Part shown: one piece after another, positions 54,224-55,848 of the stretch
Position numbering within the stretch: the first letter of the stretch is position 1
Layout of the letters: every line of letters starts with the position of its first letter
Virus record (IMG/VR): IMGVR_UViG_3300025102_000033
Coordinates: 1-55,848 of that record
Source of the DNA: a virus
Lineage: Duplodnaviria > Caudoviricetes
DNA length: 55,848 nt
Reading direction: 5' to 3' (one strand)
The notes under the pieces: model-generated
Told to the model about the DNA's origin: nothing
Database searches by the model: none
The model's input: only the letters and a program-made list of their open reading frames with translations
Made by a program: the position numbers and the translations under genes

Positions 54224-54775
54224 ATGGCGACAGCATTTGACAATCAAATTCAAAACAGGAATTTTCTATCTCCTGTTGGATTTAAATTTACACTGGCAAA
54301 AGAACCCAAAGTATCTTTCTTCTGTAATTCAGCAAGTATACCCGAAATAACACTGGGAAATGCTGTACAACCAACATATCTCAAGGATATTGATATTCCT
54401 GGAGAAAAATTAACTTATGGAGATTTTTCTTTAAGATTTTTAGTTGATGAAAATCTTGAGAATTATATGAAGATGCATAATTGGTTGACTGGATTAGGAT
54501 TTCCAGAAACCACTCAACAGTTTAAAACTTTAACAACTGATGATGTTACTGGTGAAGGAGCACTTGATCAACAATTTAGTGATGCAAGTCTTCATATTTT
54601 GAATAGTAATTTTAGAGATGTTGCTATTGTAAAGTTCAGAGACTTGTTTCCAGTTTCTCTTTCATCTTTGGAATTTGATGCATCAGAAGCAGATGTTCAA
54701 TATTTCACAGCAGATGTTACATTCAAATATACAATTTATGATATACTAGGAGCGGACGGAAGAACACCTCTCTAA
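54224..54775 (+). CDS. g3: Tail tube terminator / tail completion protein gp3
   Basis: NRNFLSPVGFKF, FLVDENLENY..MHNW, FPVSLS.LEFDA; between g23 and uvsY. Confidence 0.85.
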   Translation: MATAFDNQIQNRNFLSPVGFKFTLAKEPKVSFFCNSASIPEITLGNAVQPTYLKDIDIPGEKLTYGDFSLRFLVDENLENYMKMHNWLTGLGFPETTQQFKTLTTDDVTGEGALDQQFSDASLHILNSNFRDVAIVKFRDLFPVSLSSLEFDASEADVQYFTADVTFKYTIYDILGADGRTPL

Positions 54776-54793
54776 CCATCTGATTTTTTTATT

Positions 54794-55225
54794 ATGGATC
54801 TAGACAAAATTCAATCAATGTGGGAAAGTGATTCTACCATTGATCCGGACAATCTTCATGATGAAAGTTTGAGGATTCCGCAATTACACTGCAAATATTA
54901 CACCATTTACAATACAATTACTTTGTTGAGAGAAAGGACAAGAAACTCTTACAACAAAGTAAAGTTGGAAAGATATAATTACTACACAGGAAAAGCACCT
55001 GCTGAAGTATATGCCGAAGAACCATTTCCATACAAAGTAAGAGAAAAAGATGCGATTCAGAGATACATTGAAGCGGATGATAAGTTGACCAAGTTAGATC
55101 TTAAAATTAGATACTATGATACAACTCTTAAATTTTTAGAAGAGATTATCAAGACAATTTCCAATAGAACTTTTCAAATTAAAAACGCAATTGAGTGGCA
55201 TAAATTCCAATCTGGATTTAATTAA
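54794..55225 (+). CDS. uvsY: Recombination mediator UvsY
   Basis: MWESDS.ID...ESLRIPQLH.KY...YYTGKA...RTFQIKNAIEW.KF..G. Confidence 0.93.
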   Translation: MDLDKIQSMWESDSTIDPDNLHDESLRIPQLHCKYYTIYNTITLLRERTRNSYNKVKLERYNYYTGKAPAEVYAEEPFPYKVREKDAIQRYIEADDKLTKLDLKIRYYDTTLKFLEEIIKTISNRTFQIKNAIEWHKFQSGFN

Positions 55226-55231
55226 ACATTG

Positions 55232-55238
55232 CTAAATA
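55232..55238 (+). promoter_or_regulatory. Late promoter variant upstream of uvsW
   Basis: CTAAATA; uvsW is a late gene in T4. Confidence 0.55.
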
Positions 55239-55258
55239 TTTGATATTGATCTAAATGA

Positions 55259-55848
55259 ATGTCACATTTGATTATATCAAAGAAGAATGAAGTCTATCTT
55301 CATGTTGACTCTGAAATTCATATTCATTATGAATTAGCAGATCAATTTACTTTTGAAGTGCCTGGAGCACAGTTTTCTCCATCCTACAAAAAAAGGTATT
55401 GGGATGGAAAAATTCGTTTATTTAATATACAAACTAAAGAAATATACATTGGTTTACTAGACAGAATCGTTCAGTTCTGTAAGGATCACGGATATACATA
55501 CGAATTTAAAGACAACAAATATTATGGATTGCCATTTGAAGTTAATGATGGTATATCGAAAGAAGGCGTCAAAGATTATGTAACTGCAATATCAAGACAT
55601 AAACCTAGAGATTATCAAATCGAAGGCGTATACGACGCTTTAAGACATAATCGTAAGTTGCTGATATCTCCAACTGCTTCTGGAAAGTCTTTGATGATAT
55701 ATTCTCTTGTAAGATACTACGTTGAAAAGCAACAAAATATTCTGATAGTTGTTCCGACGACTTCGCTAGTAGAGCAGATGTATAAAGACTTTGAAGATTA
55801 TGGGTGGAATGTAGGTTCATACTGTCACAAAGTCTACGCCGGAAAAGA
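55259..55848 (+). CDS. uvsW: RNA-DNA/DNA helicase UvsW (5' part; runs off the window)
   Basis: Read by hand: MSHLIISKKNEVYL...FTFEVPGA...WDGKIRLF...PRDYQ...SPTASGKS (Walker A)...VPTTSLVEQM. Confidence 0.95.
   Translation, partial: MSHLIISKKNEVYLHVDSEIHIHYELADQFTFEVPGAQFSPSYKKRYWDGKIRLFNIQTKEIYIGLLDRIVQFCKDHGYTYEFKDNKYYGLPFEVNDGISKEGVKDYVTAISRHKPRDYQIEGVYDALRHNRKLLISPTASGKSLMIYSLVRYYVEKQQNILIVVPTTSLVEQMYKDFEDYGWNVGSYCHKVYAGK

Noticed and set aside
53999-54253. Pro-rich minus-strand ORF
   Set aside because: Reverse complement of the Gly-codon repeat in ORF 53931-54221
1-55848. Alternative genetic code, tRNA/rRNA genes, photosynthesis AMGs
   Set aside because: The standard code yields full-length core genes using all three stops; no cloverleaf or T-loop context and no psbA/hli/petE-like ORFs noticed by eye (tRNAscan and Infernal not run)

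Overview
This window is a fragment of a T4-like marine cyanomyovirus genome (Kyanoviridae-type; gene order and protein sizes resemble the P-SSM2/S-SM2-like group). Every credible gene is on the + strand. (1) 1-10,000 is an early/accessory region of small ORFs driven by a repeated promoter cassette (24-bp imperfect inverted repeat 28-30 nt upstream of a TATAAT/TATTGT -10 box). It is interrupted by an island at 2.7-6.2 kb holding three 2OG-Fe(II) oxygenases, a glycine-rich gp38-like adhesin and two Cys-rich paralogues, and by a repeat-rich non-coding locus at 6.5-6.95 kb with divergent sigma70 promoters, 22-bp-phased direct repeats and five CTCGACGAG palindromes (candidate origin or regulatory switch). 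(2) 10.1-13.4 kb is a cluster of putative protein-modifying enzymes: a GT-A glycosyltransferase-like protein, a stand-alone SET domain, a stand-alone ATE_C/Bpt-like aminoacyl-tRNA-protein transferase domain and a DUF1415-like protein, arranged around a small K/R-rich protein. (3) 13.4-55.8 kb is the virion morphogenesis module: g25, g6, g7, g8, a VrlC-like protein, a fibre, g13-g23, g3, uvsY and a partial uvsW, with T4-type late promoters. No tRNA, rRNA, CRISPR, intron, intein or photosynthesis gene was seen. All family assignments come from motif recognition by eye, not database searches.
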